Origin: an uncultured Clostridia bacterium
GTDB lineage: Bacteria; Bacillota; Clostridia; Oscillospirales; CAG-272
Length of the DNA: 64,000 bases
Direction of reading: 5' to 3'
NCBI GenBank assembly: GCA_947627815.1
Contig: CANQXN010000002.1
Coordinates: 280 to 64,279, forward strand
Shown: positions 39,161 through 49,020 of the stretch, piece by piece
Numbering within the stretch: position 1 is the stretch's first letter
Layout: each line of letters begins with the position of its first letter
Made by a program: the position numbers and the translations under genes
Notes under the pieces: model-generated
What the model was told of the DNA's origin: nothing
The model's database searches: none
Seen by the model: only the letters and a program-made list of their open reading frames with translations

Positions 39161-39910
39161 ATGAAACTGGATACAGTGATTGCGGTGCGGAAAAATAAAA
39201 TGGTTTACCGGGACGGGGACTGCTGTCTGAAGGTGTTTGGAGAAGGCTACTCTAAGGCCGATATTCTCAACGAAGCGCTGAATCAGGCACGCGTGGAGGA
39301 AACGGGCCTGGCCATTCCGAAGATCCGCGAAGTGACGGTGATTAACGGCCAATGGGCAATTGTCTTTGACTATATCGAAGGGAAGACCCTGGCGCAATTG
39401 ATGTTGGAATCACCCGAGAAACAGGAAGCATATCTCGATTGGTTTGTAAAAATTCAGTTGGAGATCCAGAAAAAGACCTGTCCGCTGCTGACCAAACTAA
39501 AGGATAAAATGAAGAGAAAAATCAGCCTTACCGCATTTGACGCTACGACGCGATATGATCTGCATACCCGGTTGGATGCTATGCCGCGTCAGGCACAACT
39601 CTGCCACGGCGATTTTAATCCCTCCAATATTATCATATCATGTGATAATACGCCCTATATTATCGACTGGTCACATGCGACGCAAGGCAACGGCGCCGCC
39701 GATGCGGCAAGAACCTATCTCCTTTTCTGGCTGGCCGGCGAGGCCGAGATTGCCGAGAAGTATCTTGCTTTGTTCTGTCGGGAAAGTCTTGAGGAAAAAA
39801 CGAGCGTTCAGCGTTGGCTGCCCATTGTGGCCGCTTCGCAATCGGTCAAGGAAAATGCCGAAGAAAAGGAGCTTTTAACTCGCTGGGTCAATGTGGTTGA
39901 CTACCAGTAA
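39161..39910 (+). CDS. Small APH/ChoK-fold phosphotransferase family protein
   Basis: The canonical catalytic loop HGDFNPSNIII and YIIDWSHA. It lies 20 nt after adhE and is probably co-transcribed. Confidence 0.7.
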   Translation: MKLDTVIAVRKNKMVYRDGDCCLKVFGEGYSKADILNEALNQARVEETGLAIPKIREVTVINGQWAIVFDYIEGKTLAQLMLESPEKQEAYLDWFVKIQLEIQKKTCPLLTKLKDKMKRKISLTAFDATTRYDLHTRLDAMPRQAQLCHGDFNPSNIIISCDNTPYIIDWSHATQGNGAADAARTYLLFWLAGEAEIAEKYLALFCRESLEEKTSVQRWLPIVAASQSVKENAEEKELLTRWVNVVDYQ

Positions 39911-40064
39911 AAATAAAAGGAAAAGTGTGTTTACTTGTATTGCGTTGTTATTATGGCGGCAACATAACTCGGAGTATTTTAGGCTCTACCGGATCGGGAT
40001 ATATACGGATTCATCGCCCGCTCTGTACGCTATGTTGTAAAACAATATACATTAAACCTTTTGG

Positions 40065-40087
40065 GCGCCGCTTTCGCGGCGCTTTTT
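40065..40087 (+). terminator. Intrinsic terminator
   Basis: GCGCCGC-TTTC-GCGGCGC-TTTTT, about 155 nt after the kinase-like gene stop. Confidence 0.7.
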
Positions 40088-40137
40088 CTTTTGCGTTTTT
40101 CTTGTGACCGAAGAAAATGCTGGTATGGGTTCTGCTC

Positions 40138-40166
40138 TTGACTTTTGAAAGAAAATGTTGTAGAAT
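40138..40166 (+). promoter_or_regulatory. Candidate promoter for the large LRR lipoprotein gene
   Basis: TTGACT, a 17-nt spacer, then TAGAAT. It leaves a leader of about 200 nt. Confidence 0.5.
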
Positions 40167-40370
40167 GGAGAAAAATAAAAAATGTCGGTTGGGGCGTTCG
40201 GAGCGCTCCTTGATACACGCTTTGTTTCCGGCAAGTTTCTTTTGTGTGATTTTGTCAATCGCTATGATCGCCACTCCATTACATGTCCTGGTTGAAATGG
40301 CTTGCTTGCACTGCAATATACTTGCGATCCCGCTGCGAAAGACGAATACCCAAGAAAGGATGATTGACCC

Positions 40371-43300
40371 ATGATATTCAAAAACAAATCAGGCGCAAAA
40401 ACGACATGGTTCATCGGTATATGTTGCTTGCTTTTGCTCTTTGTATTGGCTTTCTGTCTTACAGGTTGTGGCGATACCGAAACGGAGATTTCCTCCAGCG
40501 AACCGGATCCGGGCATTACGCCGCCCAAAGGCGAGTTTTCTATTACTGCATCCGAAGGCATGGATCTGGAAGTTTCTAACGATAAGCGCAGCTATACCCT
40601 ATATGTTCCCGAGGGTACAGAGCAACTGAATTTATTGGAACTTGTGACGGCGGAGGATGTTTGGGATATTGTTTCGGATGGCGAAGCCGCGCCGCGACCC
40701 AAAGAGTCTCTTGCGATTAACGCAACACTTGCGGCGGGCGCAGGACACGGATTTACCATTTATTACGGCGAAAGCAGGGCCTATACCATACGGCTTTATG
40801 TCCGTTTTATTTCTTATGTCACTGTGACTTTCGAAGACCTCAATGGATCTAATGTTACTTTACGGAAGGGAACGACCGTTCAGATTCCGGCGGATGAACC
40901 CAAAAAGGAAGGGTATACCTTTTCCGGTTGGGATTTTGACTTTTCCACAAAAATCAATAAGGATACTTTGATCCTGGCAAAATGGACGCCGAATACCTAT
41001 ACCATTACCTATAACACAAATGGCGGACAAATGGCTTCTTTGACCCAAACGGTCACATACGATGAGGCTTTTGAACTGCCGACGCCTACCAAAGACGGCT
41101 TTAGATTCTTGGGCTGGAAGAACGGCGAAGATTTCTTTACCGCCTCGGTTTGGACATTTACACGGAATATCGAGCTGACAGCGGCATGGGATGCGCACGC
41201 TTATCTGCTGACTTTTGATGCGGCCGGCGGAACGGTGCAGCCGCCCGTCCTTGGCGTTTCTTATGGAGAAACATATGAACTGCCCACACCGGTGCGTCCG
41301 GGATACATTTTTGAGGGCTGGTATGCCGACGGTGTCAAGGTGACAGGCGGCAAATATATGTACCTGAAAGATATGGTATATCAGGCACATTGGTCAGAAG
41401 GAACCTTTACGGTGGTTTATGTGACCAACGGCGGCGAGCCGATGGAAAGCGAACAGCTGCCGTTTTCCCAGATCGGCAAGGCGATACCGGTCCGTGAAGG
41501 ATATACTTTCGGCGGCTGGTTTTATGATATCGGGTTCACACAAATCACCCCGCGTCCTCAAGATGGTACAGTTATAGCATATGCCTGCTGGAAAGAGGAA
41601 ACATCGACTCGTTATTTCGAGTTTGAGATGCAAGAAGAGGGAGTCGTTATCACTCGATATATCAACAATACGGAATTGTGTGTGATTCCCGCCATGATCG
41701 GCGGCAAGCCGGTGATTGCTATCGGAGACGGCGCGTTTTCTGGTTGTGACCGCTTGTTCTATCTTTCTTTTCCGTCTACGGTAAAAGCGCTGGGAAACGA
41801 TGCGTTTGCCGGATGTACGGCACTTCGGCGCATCAACAGTTCAACCGATGCGCTCAATCTCGGTGAAATCACCTCGTTAGGTACCGGCGTTTTCCGCAAT
41901 TGCCGTTTTGCGGCATTTACGATGCCGGAGACTCTGACGGAAATTCCCGATGAAATGTTTGATGGCTGCACACTTCTTGCAACCTTCAATTTCGGCAATG
42001 TGACGACGATTGGCCAATATGCTTTCCGAGGGTGTGCCGCTTTGCGGGAAGTTGTGCTGCCGTCATCCGCACGGACGATTGGCGAAGGCGCTTTCCAGAA
42101 TTGCAGTGCGTTGCAGACTTTGACGCTGCCTGCGGGCATCGTCGACATTCCCGCCTTTATGGCAGACGGCTGCCGAGAGCTTGTTACATTGACGAACTTT
42201 TCCGATCAAGTCGGTCTTTTGACGATCGGCGAGGCGGCATTCCGTGGCTGCGCTAAGCTGTCTTCGCTTGTTTTTCCCTCCACGGTAAGAGAACTGGGTG
42301 CTTCCGCTTTTGAAAACTGTCTGAATCTTACCGAAGTCCAGCTTCCCGCTGGTGTGAGCGTGATTTCGGATTCGCTTTTTGCGGAATGTCGAAAACTGAA
42401 AAGCGTTACTTTGAGCGGTACAGTTACGGCCATTGGCAACGGTGCATTTCTGAATTGTCAGGAGCTATTGTCTTTCCCCTTTAACGAAGGGCTTCGGCAA
42501 ATTGGCGAAACTGCGTTTTCTGGCTGCCGCAATCTGACGGTCGTCCTTTTGCCCGCCACATTGGAAACATTAGGGCAGGGTGCTTTTAAAGGTTGCCTGC
42601 GGCTTTCTGATGTGACCATTCCCGTATTGATCCACGAACTTCCCGAGTCACTTTTTGAAAACTGTGTGGAGCTTTCTCATCTCACTGCTAACGGCGAGAT
42701 TCTTTCAATCGGAGCCAAGGCGTTCAGCGGCGCGCATCTGTCAAGCATTGATTTCTTGGAACAGATTGAATTTATTGGCGAGGAAGCCTTTTCTGATTGC
42801 CTTTTTGTGGAGGAAGTGACCATCGGCGGGACATTGGTCCATCTCGCCGATCGCGCTTTTGCCGGCTGTCTTTCTTTGTCCAATGTGATCTTCCGGGGTA
42901 CAGCCGAACGATGGAAGAGTGCCGCCATGGCGGACGCTTTTGCCGACTGTAGCAGTTTTTCCGGCATTCCCACAATTTTGGGAACGGAGCCTGATGATCT
43001 CCTTTCCGCTTTGGCGATGAACGGCGCTACCGGCTGTTATTGGGCAATGGAAACCGGTCATCCTATAAACGATGGCGGTCCTGTTGCCGTGATCCGTTTT
43101 GTTCGTGGCAGTTTGTTTTACAACAATCTTTTTATGCCGGATCCCGATCATCCGGACGAGATGATTGTCAACAAAAACTATGTCTGGCACTTCCTTGAGG
43201 GCGGGGAGACTTTCATTGTGACCAACATTCAGACGATACATACCGCAAATGGCGGGTATGTGATTCTGGATATCAGCGGCGCCGGCTTTATCTTGACGGC

Positions 43301-43856
43301 AGGTACGGCCAAATATCCGGCACAGCTTGAGATTTATGATGCCTCCGGCAACAACAAATTGTACACAGCAGATCTTGGCGAGCTGACTTACAAAAGCAAT
43401 ACCGTCTGGTCTTTGAAAGAAGATCCCAATCGCACCGATACACAACGCTTTAAGGATTTTACTGTGGAAAGCGTTCCGGCGGGTGCGTTTAGCTGGAATA
43501 ACGCATCGGACGACAATTTGAACACCTATCTTCTTCTTTCCAATGAGGCAGATTTTATCTTCGTGACAGAGCATCCGACCAAACTCACCTCATATTCCAT
43601 TCTTATCGGCGCCTCCGGCGTGTGTTATCCCGACGCGCTTCCCGCTTCATGGACGCTTTACGGCGGCAAAGTGAGCGATGACGGCACGGTGGAATATGTC
43701 GCCATCTCCGAAGTGACAGAAGCTGGGATCACCTCCGATGCCGGTGTGGAGTATAATTTCAAAATTGCCGACGGCGAAGCCTACACGCATTTTAAATTGG
43801 TGTTTCAGAATACCGATGCCGTGATGTTTGCCGAACTTCATTTCTATATCGGCTGA
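40371..43856 (+). CDS. Mosaic surface lipoprotein: 4 Listeria-Bacteroides (Flg_new) repeats + about 17 BspA-type LRRs + an unknown middle domain + a C-terminal discoidin/CBM32-like domain
   Basis: Lipobox LAFCLTGC-GD. Four GYTFSGW...NTYTITYNTNGG-type repeats (aa about 180-400). LRR_5 repeats (aa about 440-850). The C-terminus ends ...YTHFKLVFQNTDAVMFAELHFYIG, resembling F5/8 type C domains. Confidence 0.75.
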   Translation: MIFKNKSGAKTTWFIGICCLLLLFVLAFCLTGCGDTETEISSSEPDPGITPPKGEFSITASEGMDLEVSNDKRSYTLYVPEGTEQLNLLELVTAEDVWDIVSDGEAAPRPKESLAINATLAAGAGHGFTIYYGESRAYTIRLYVRFISYVTVTFEDLNGSNVTLRKGTTVQIPADEPKKEGYTFSGWDFDFSTKINKDTLILAKWTPNTYTITYNTNGGQMASLTQTVTYDEAFELPTPTKDGFRFLGWKNGEDFFTASVWTFTRNIELTAAWDAHAYLLTFDAAGGTVQPPVLGVSYGETYELPTPVRPGYIFEGWYADGVKVTGGKYMYLKDMVYQAHWSEGTFTVVYVTNGGEPMESEQLPFSQIGKAIPVREGYTFGGWFYDIGFTQITPRPQDGTVIAYACWKEETSTRYFEFEMQEEGVVITRYINNTELCVIPAMIGGKPVIAIGDGAFSGCDRLFYLSFPSTVKALGNDAFAGCTALRRINSSTDALNLGEITSLGTGVFRNCRFAAFTMPETLTEIPDEMFDGCTLLATFNFGNVTTIGQYAFRGCAALREVVLPSSARTIGEGAFQNCSALQTLTLPAGIVDIPAFMADGCRELVTLTNFSDQVGLLTIGEAAFRGCAKLSSLVFPSTVRELGASAFENCLNLTEVQLPAGVSVISDSLFAECRKLKSVTLSGTVTAIGNGAFLNCQELLSFPFNEGLRQIGETAFSGCRNLTVVLLPATLETLGQGAFKGCLRLSDVTIPVLIHELPESLFENCVELSHLTANGEILSIGAKAFSGAHLSSIDFLEQIEFIGEEAFSDCLFVEEVTIGGTLVHLADRAFAGCLSLSNVIFRGTAERWKSAAMADAFADCSSFSGIPTILGTEPDDLLSALAMNGATGCYWAMETGHPINDGGPVAVIRFVRGSLFYNNLFMPDPDHPDEMIVNKNYVWHFLEGGETFIVTNIQTIHTANGGYVILDISGAGFILTAGTAKYPAQLEIYDASGNNKLYTADLGELTYKSNTVWSLKEDPNRTDTQRFKDFTVESVPAGAFSWNNASDDNLNTYLLLSNEADFIFVTEHPTKLTSYSILIGASGVCYPDALPASWTLYGGKVSDDGTVEYVAISEVTEAGITSDAGVEYNFKIADGEAYTHFKLVFQNTDAVMFAELHFYIG

Positions 43857-43886
43857 TTATCAAAATATTTTGTTATCGCTGGCAAG

Positions 43887-43928
43887 AAAAACCCCGACGC
43901 CAATTGTTGGATTGGCGTCGGGGTCTTT
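43887..43928. terminator. Bidirectional terminator between the LRR gene and trxA
   Basis: AAAAA-CCCCGACGCCAAT-TGTTGG-ATTGGCGTCGGGG-TCTTT. Confidence 0.8.
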
Positions 43929-43944
43929 CGCTGTTATCGGTTAT

Positions 43945-44253
43945 TTATTCAAAAAGTTTCAGGACGGATGCTTTGGGCTGAAAACCGCGACTCTCATTGA
44001 CAATTTTTCCGTCTTTCACAGCAAAGAGCGCCGGGATGGCGTCTACGCCGAATTCGCCGGCCAGCTGGCGCTGATCATCTACATCCACTTTGCAAACCTT
44101 TACCGTTCCTTCTTCGGCAATTTCTTCCAAAACGGGAGCCAACATCTGGCAAGGACCGCACCAAGTGGCAGAAAAATCCAAAAGGACCGGCTTATCGGCG
44201 TGCATGACTTCTTCTTCAAAATTCTCTTTTGTAACCAGAAAAACTTTTGACAT
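43945..44253 (-). CDS. trxA: Thioredoxin
   Basis: 102 aa with the WCGPCQ active site. Confidence 0.9.
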   Translation of the reverse strand: MSKVFLVTKENFEEEVMHADKPVLLDFSATWCGPCQMLAPVLEEIAEEGTVKVCKVDVDDQRQLAGEFGVDAIPALFAVKDGKIVNESRGFQPKASVLKLFE

Positions 44254-44541
44254 CTCATCCTCCGTTTTTTCTTAGTTTACGGCATAAGGCCGTTTTTTAT
44301 CCGCCCACAGTATATCACGAAACGGTCGGAATGTCAATATTCCTTCGATAGAAGCGATTTTCTTGTTTTTGTAATCTTATGAGGCATTTCTGACTTTGTT
44401 AACAGTTTGGACACATCTTGGCCATAATATAATCTTTACAAAATGACGGTTCTTTGTTATACTAAGCACAGGGTGAAGCTTGAACTTGCCGATCGTCGGC
44501 TTGTCTTTCATCAAAAGCAAAGAAAGGAATCGTTGTGTCAA

Positions 44542-46806
44542 GTGGCTTTGATCAGTTTAAAAAATATCGGCAAGATCTATGTTTCGGAAGGCGTAGTGGC
44601 TGTCGGTATCCGTGGGGTAAATCTTGATTTTGACCGGGGTGAATTTGTCGCCATTACCGGCAAATCCGGCTCGGGCAAATCCACCTTGTTGAATGTGATC
44701 AGCGGTATGGACAGCTATGAGGAAGGCGAGCTTTTCATCGAGGGGGAGCCGACATCTCACTATGCGCAGGCGGACTGGGAAGAATACCGCAAACGCTATA
44801 TTTCTTTCATCTTTCAGGATTACAATATTGTGGAGAGCTTTACCGTCCTTCAGAATGTAGAGCTTGCCTTAATGCATATCGATAATCCCAAAGAGCGCAG
44901 ACAGCGCGCTCTCGCACTCATCCGTCGGGTGGGGCTGGAATCTCATATCCACCACAAAGGCAGTCATCTTTCGGGCGGCCAGAAACAGCGCACTGTGATT
45001 GCCAGAGCGCTTGCCAAAGACAGTCCGGTGCTTCTTGCCGATGAACCGACGGGCAACTTAGACAGCCAGACCTCCAAAGAAATTATCGCACTGTTGCGGG
45101 AAATTTCTCGTGAAAAGTTAGTTATTATTGTTACCCACAACTTTGAACAGGTGGCTGAATACGCCACGCGCCATGTGCGTGTTTATGACGGAAGCGTTGA
45201 AGCGGATGAGCGTTTGGCGCCGCCGTCCCCGGTGCAGAAATCTGCTTTGACGGCCAGCGAGCGGGCGGGGAAGGATGGATTTTTTGCCACGCTTCGCAAA
45301 GGCTTTACTTTGGGGCGGGTTCGCTTTACCGCCAAACCCAAGCTCGCCTTTTTCCTCTGCCTTCTCATGTGTATTTCCACCATTGCCGCTACGCTGGTAA
45401 CGGCACTCAGCGGCGAAATGACAGAACCGATCAGCAACACGCCGATTTTCTCTCACCGTGACGGCCGTTTGATTGTCACGCCTACTGGGCGAGGCTCCCT
45501 TTCTGCGGAGGAGTTGGCGCGTCTGAAAGAAACCACCGGCGCCGTTGACAGTATACGGTATGACGGGCTTTTGGACGCGACGAATTATCTCTGGTTTGAA
45601 GACACTCGGACAGGCTGTCCCTTTATCTTTGACTACGACGAGGGAACAAAACCGGATGTCGGAAGGGCGCCGCAGGCGCCCAATGAGGTGATGCTTTCAT
45701 TGCCGATCGGCTATCGCGATCTGTTGGGCAAAGAGTCGATCCGATATCGGCATCTGAGTGATATTCTGAATACCTATATCGGTATGGATCTTGAAGTAGT
45801 CGGTGTTTCCTATTTCTATGACAATACCAAAGACAGCCGGATGATCTTTACCCGCGAAGGCTTCGATCTCTATTCACGCCTTCAGATGTGTCGGGACCAT
45901 ATGAACTTTTATCTGCAAGATGATGTCATGCGTCAGGATGATGTTTCGCTGTATGTGGTCACCGATTTTCCGGAAAACAGCATCGGTGTGTTTTATGCAA
46001 ACACCTATTGCACGGACAGAGCGGCGGTGCCGGACACACTCAGGGGGCTTTTTTCCGGCGGCAGAGATTTCTATTATGAGATAGTCGAGACTCCTGATAC
46101 AGACCAAGGAACCTTGGAAGATCCGACGCTTTTGGATCTTTCCCAATGCCAATATGTGTACGATATATCCGAAACGCTGTTGGAAACTATTCAAAAGTTT
46201 TATTATAGCTGCACGCTTTTGGTGAGTCCCGATTTGCTTATGAAAATAACAGACAGTCCAACGATTGGGGACGGATATACCCAAACTTCCTTTTTCTACG
46301 ACAATGACCAGACGGCCGAAAAGCAGATTGATCTGTTTCGCAAAGCGGGTTATCAGGCCGTGATGTCTGACGCGGTTATGAAACGCGATTCTTCCGAAGT
46401 GCTCCTCGCCGGTATTGCCTTTCTCATGACAGGATTTTTCTGGGTCGCTTCGATGCTGTTTATTGCGTTCTTTCTGAATCTTTGCTCCAATAAGGCCATG
46501 TTGGCTTCGGCGGGGGATATCGCCATTATGCGATCGATGGGCATATCGCAGCGGGTGATTCGCGTCAGCGTATTTGTTCAGACCCTGCTTGCACTGTTGC
46601 CGGCGTATCTTACGGCGGCGGCTGTGTTCCTCGCCATTTATCTGATTCCTTCCACCAATTTGATTTTCCGCTTCCTGCATTTTGGTGAGTACTTCCTCAT
46701 CGCGCTTGGCGTCTTTTTGATCAGCTTGCGCATGGCGGGTCACTATGTGAAACGGATGTTTCGTGTGAGCGTGAAAAAGACCCTGAAAGGAGAGACGGTT
46801 CAATGA
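44542..46806 (+). CDS. MacB-type fused ABC transporter: N-terminal ATPase + TM + large extracytoplasmic domain + FtsX-type permease
   Basis: GKSGSGKSTLLN (Walker A), [19 protein letters not shown], one TM, a loop of about 320 aa, and C-terminal FtsX-like helices. The start is uncertain: the GTG at 44542 follows AGAAAGGAA, and the track start is the ATG at 44443. Confidence 0.8.
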   Translation: MALISLKNIGKIYVSEGVVAVGIRGVNLDFDRGEFVAITGKSGSGKSTLLNVISGMDSYEEGELFIEGEPTSHYAQADWEEYRKRYISFIFQDYNIVESFTVLQNVELALMHIDNPKERRQRALALIRRVGLESHIHHKGSHLSGGQKQRTVIARALAKDSPVLLADEPTGNLDSQTSKEIIALLREISREKLVIIVTHNFEQVAEYATRHVRVYDGSVEADERLAPPSPVQKSALTASERAGKDGFFATLRKGFTLGRVRFTAKPKLAFFLCLLMCISTIAATLVTALSGEMTEPISNTPIFSHRDGRLIVTPTGRGSLSAEELARLKETTGAVDSIRYDGLLDATNYLWFEDTRTGCPFIFDYDEGTKPDVGRAPQAPNEVMLSLPIGYRDLLGKESIRYRHLSDILNTYIGMDLEVVGVSYFYDNTKDSRMIFTREGFDLYSRLQMCRDHMNFYLQDDVMRQDDVSLYVVTDFPENSIGVFYANTYCTDRAAVPDTLRGLFSGGRDFYYEIVETPDTDQGTLEDPTLLDLSQCQYVYDISETLLETIQKFYYSCTLLVSPDLLMKITDSPTIGDGYTQTSFFYDNDQTAEKQIDLFRKAGYQAVMSDAVMKRDSSEVLLAGIAFLMTGFFWVASMLFIAFFLNLCSNKAMLASAGDIAIMRSMGISQRVIRVSVFVQTLLALLPAYLTAAAVFLAIYLIPSTNLIFRFLHFGEYFLIALGVFLISLRMAGHYVKRMFRVSVKKTLKGETVQ

Positions 46807-48947
46807 TTCAGATCAAACATGCGGATAAATATTACAATCGCGGCAGGCAAAATCAGTTGCATGTCATTAACGGCATTGATCTGGCCTTGCCTGATACCGG
46901 TATGGTGGCCATTTTCGGCCGTAGCGGCTGCGGCAAGACAACGCTCCTCAATACCATCGGCGGGCTGGATTCTCTGGATCAGGGCGAGGTGATGTTCGGT
47001 TCGTTTCATATTGACCGAGAGATGGAAGTATATCGGAACAAATATATCGGGTATATTTTTCAGAACTACAATCTGAATCGGGACGAATCCGTTTATGAAA
47101 ATGTCGCCGACGCATTGCGGCTCTGCGGCATGAATGACGAGCGTATCATTCGTGAACGGGTGACATCGGCCCTGACCAATGTGGATATGGAACGGTATGC
47201 CAACCGGCTGCCCGATACGCTTTCCGGCGGACAGCAGCAGAGAGTCGCTATTGCCCGTGCCATTGTCAAATCGCCTTCGGTGATTTTAGCCGATGAGCCT
47301 ACCGGCAATCTTGACGAAACCAACACGGTTTTGATTATGGATCTGCTTAAAGCGCTTTCCAATGACCGTTTGATTCTTCTTGTAACGCATGAAGCAAATC
47401 TTGTAAATTACTACTGCGACCGTGTGATTGAACTCTTGGACGGGCGGGTTGTCAAAGACTATGTCAATGACAATGCCGACGGATATGCAGCCAAAAACAA
47501 GAATGATATCTTTTTAGGAGAGCTTCCTTGCAGTACAACAGAGCTGCCCGGCGTACAGGTGGAATATTACGGCGATCCGAAAGAGACGGTGCGCTTGAAA
47601 ATTGTAAGCTATGAGGGAAGGCTTTATCTTCGCAGTGATACACCGGCACTTCGGGTGCTGGATGCTTCCAGTGAAGTCAGACTGCGGGAGGGCGTATTCC
47701 ATCCGGCGGGTGAGGGCGGCCAGAGAAAGAACGCAGAACTTGACATGTCTCATCTTGCCTCTTTTGAGGGGCATCATTTCGGCAGGCTCTTCAATTTCAA
47801 AAAGTCGCTCGCGCTGGCCTGGCAGGCGAACTATGGAAAAAAGAAACGGAAGCGTGAGCGCTTCCTTCGCCTGGTGCTTGTGTTGATGGCGGCGGTTTTG
47901 GTCTTTTTGACCGCCTCGACCGGCGTGGCCATCAAAGAAGTTTCGACTGTGGAAGAAAGCGTAAATCCACATATCTTTTTCATTGAAGAAGTGAAGGATA
48001 CCGAGGACCTTTCCTCAAAGGGCTGGGAGGGTACCAACGGGATCGATTATGCGGCGGAACAAAACCAATTTGGCATGGGCGAGTCTTATGCATGGTTTGA
48101 GTGGAATAACTTTATTTCCGATTATTACAATTATAACAGCAGCGGCCTTTCATCGCCACATACCTTGCTTCCTGTGCGATGCGCCGCCACCTTGGAAGTT
48201 GCGGAAGGCAAGGGTCAAACAGCTGACCACGGTGAAATTGTGATTACGACGGCTGTGGCGGATTATCTTTTGAAAAATTCGCCGGTTGACTTTCTGAACG
48301 ATTATAGCTCTTTGATCGGCCTCTTTTGCAACTATGACGGGTGGACTGGCTATGTCGTCGGTATTGTCAGATCGGAGGAACGGTTGATTTTTTCAAATCG
48401 CTCCAAGGGGCTGTACGGCGGTTCTTCGACCTTCCTTGTTCATTCGACCGATCCTGCCGCTACTGAAGCTTTTCTTACGCAACAAGTGGGCGCGGATCGA
48501 CTGATCACGGCTTCTGACATTGTTCAGCAGCGCCTGGCCAATGACAAAGTGGAAATCATCATGGCCATTGTCGGCATTGCTGTCATTGTGGGACTGCTGA
48601 GCCTTTCGGTTTTCTTCCTCATGCGTTCGGCTATGATGACAAGAGTGAAAGAGATCGGGATTTACCGTGCCATTGGCGTTTCACGCAAAAATCTGGTTTT
48701 TCGGTTCTTTGTCGAATCGCTCTTTCTCATGACGATGACGGTATTTATCGGCTATCTCTTTTCCTCGCTGTTTATCGGATGGCTCGGCTCGGTCACCCTC
48801 ATTTCGGATTTGCTTTATTTTCCTTTTTGGCTGGCAATCGGCGTGCTGGTCATTATCGCCTCGGCAACGGTCTTTGCGGGTATACTTCCCGTGATGCTTT
48901 TGCTGCGAAAAACGCCGGCGGCCATTTTGGCAAAATACGACATTTAA
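46803..48947 (+). CDS. Second MacB-type fused ABC ATPase-FtsX permease (paralogue, translationally coupled)
   Basis: [31 protein letters not shown], one TM, a loop of about 200 aa, and an FtsX domain. Its start overlaps the upstream stop (ATGA). Confidence 0.85.
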   Translation: MIQIKHADKYYNRGRQNQLHVINGIDLALPDTGMVAIFGRSGCGKTTLLNTIGGLDSLDQGEVMFGSFHIDREMEVYRNKYIGYIFQNYNLNRDESVYENVADALRLCGMNDERIIRERVTSALTNVDMERYANRLPDTLSGGQQQRVAIARAIVKSPSVILADEPTGNLDETNTVLIMDLLKALSNDRLILLVTHEANLVNYYCDRVIELLDGRVVKDYVNDNADGYAAKNKNDIFLGELPCSTTELPGVQVEYYGDPKETVRLKIVSYEGRLYLRSDTPALRVLDASSEVRLREGVFHPAGEGGQRKNAELDMSHLASFEGHHFGRLFNFKKSLALAWQANYGKKKRKRERFLRLVLVLMAAVLVFLTASTGVAIKEVSTVEESVNPHIFFIEEVKDTEDLSSKGWEGTNGIDYAAEQNQFGMGESYAWFEWNNFISDYYNYNSSGLSSPHTLLPVRCAATLEVAEGKGQTADHGEIVITTAVADYLLKNSPVDFLNDYSSLIGLFCNYDGWTGYVVGIVRSEERLIFSNRSKGLYGGSSTFLVHSTDPAATEAFLTQQVGADRLITASDIVQQRLANDKVEIIMAIVGIAVIVGLLSLSVFFLMRSAMMTRVKEIGIYRAIGVSRKNLVFRFFVESLFLMTMTVFIGYLFSSLFIGWLGSVTLISDLLYFPFWLAIGVLVIIASATVFAGILPVMLLLRKTPAAILAKYDI

Positions 48948-48966
48948 GATTCTAAACAAACAAAAA

Positions 48967-48998
48967 CCCGGCGCTTGCTTTTTTGAGCAGGCGCCGGA
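48967..48998. terminator. Bidirectional terminator between the ABC pair and rhaD
   Basis: CCGGCGCTTGC - loop - GCAGGCGCCGG (one mismatch), with CAAAAA upstream and TTTGTTTT downstream. Confidence 0.6.
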
Positions 48999-49020
48999 AT
49001 TTGTTTTGAACATGGTTTGT

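Noticed and set aside
39925-40107. A 60-aa Cys-rich ORF (GTG start) in the gap after the adhE-linked kinase gene, considered as a possible small peptide gene.
   Set aside because: It reads straight through the GC-rich terminator hairpin, has poor spacing to its ribosome binding site and no recognisable leader or core pattern. Coding is unsupported, so the region is reported only as an unexplained untranslated stretch.
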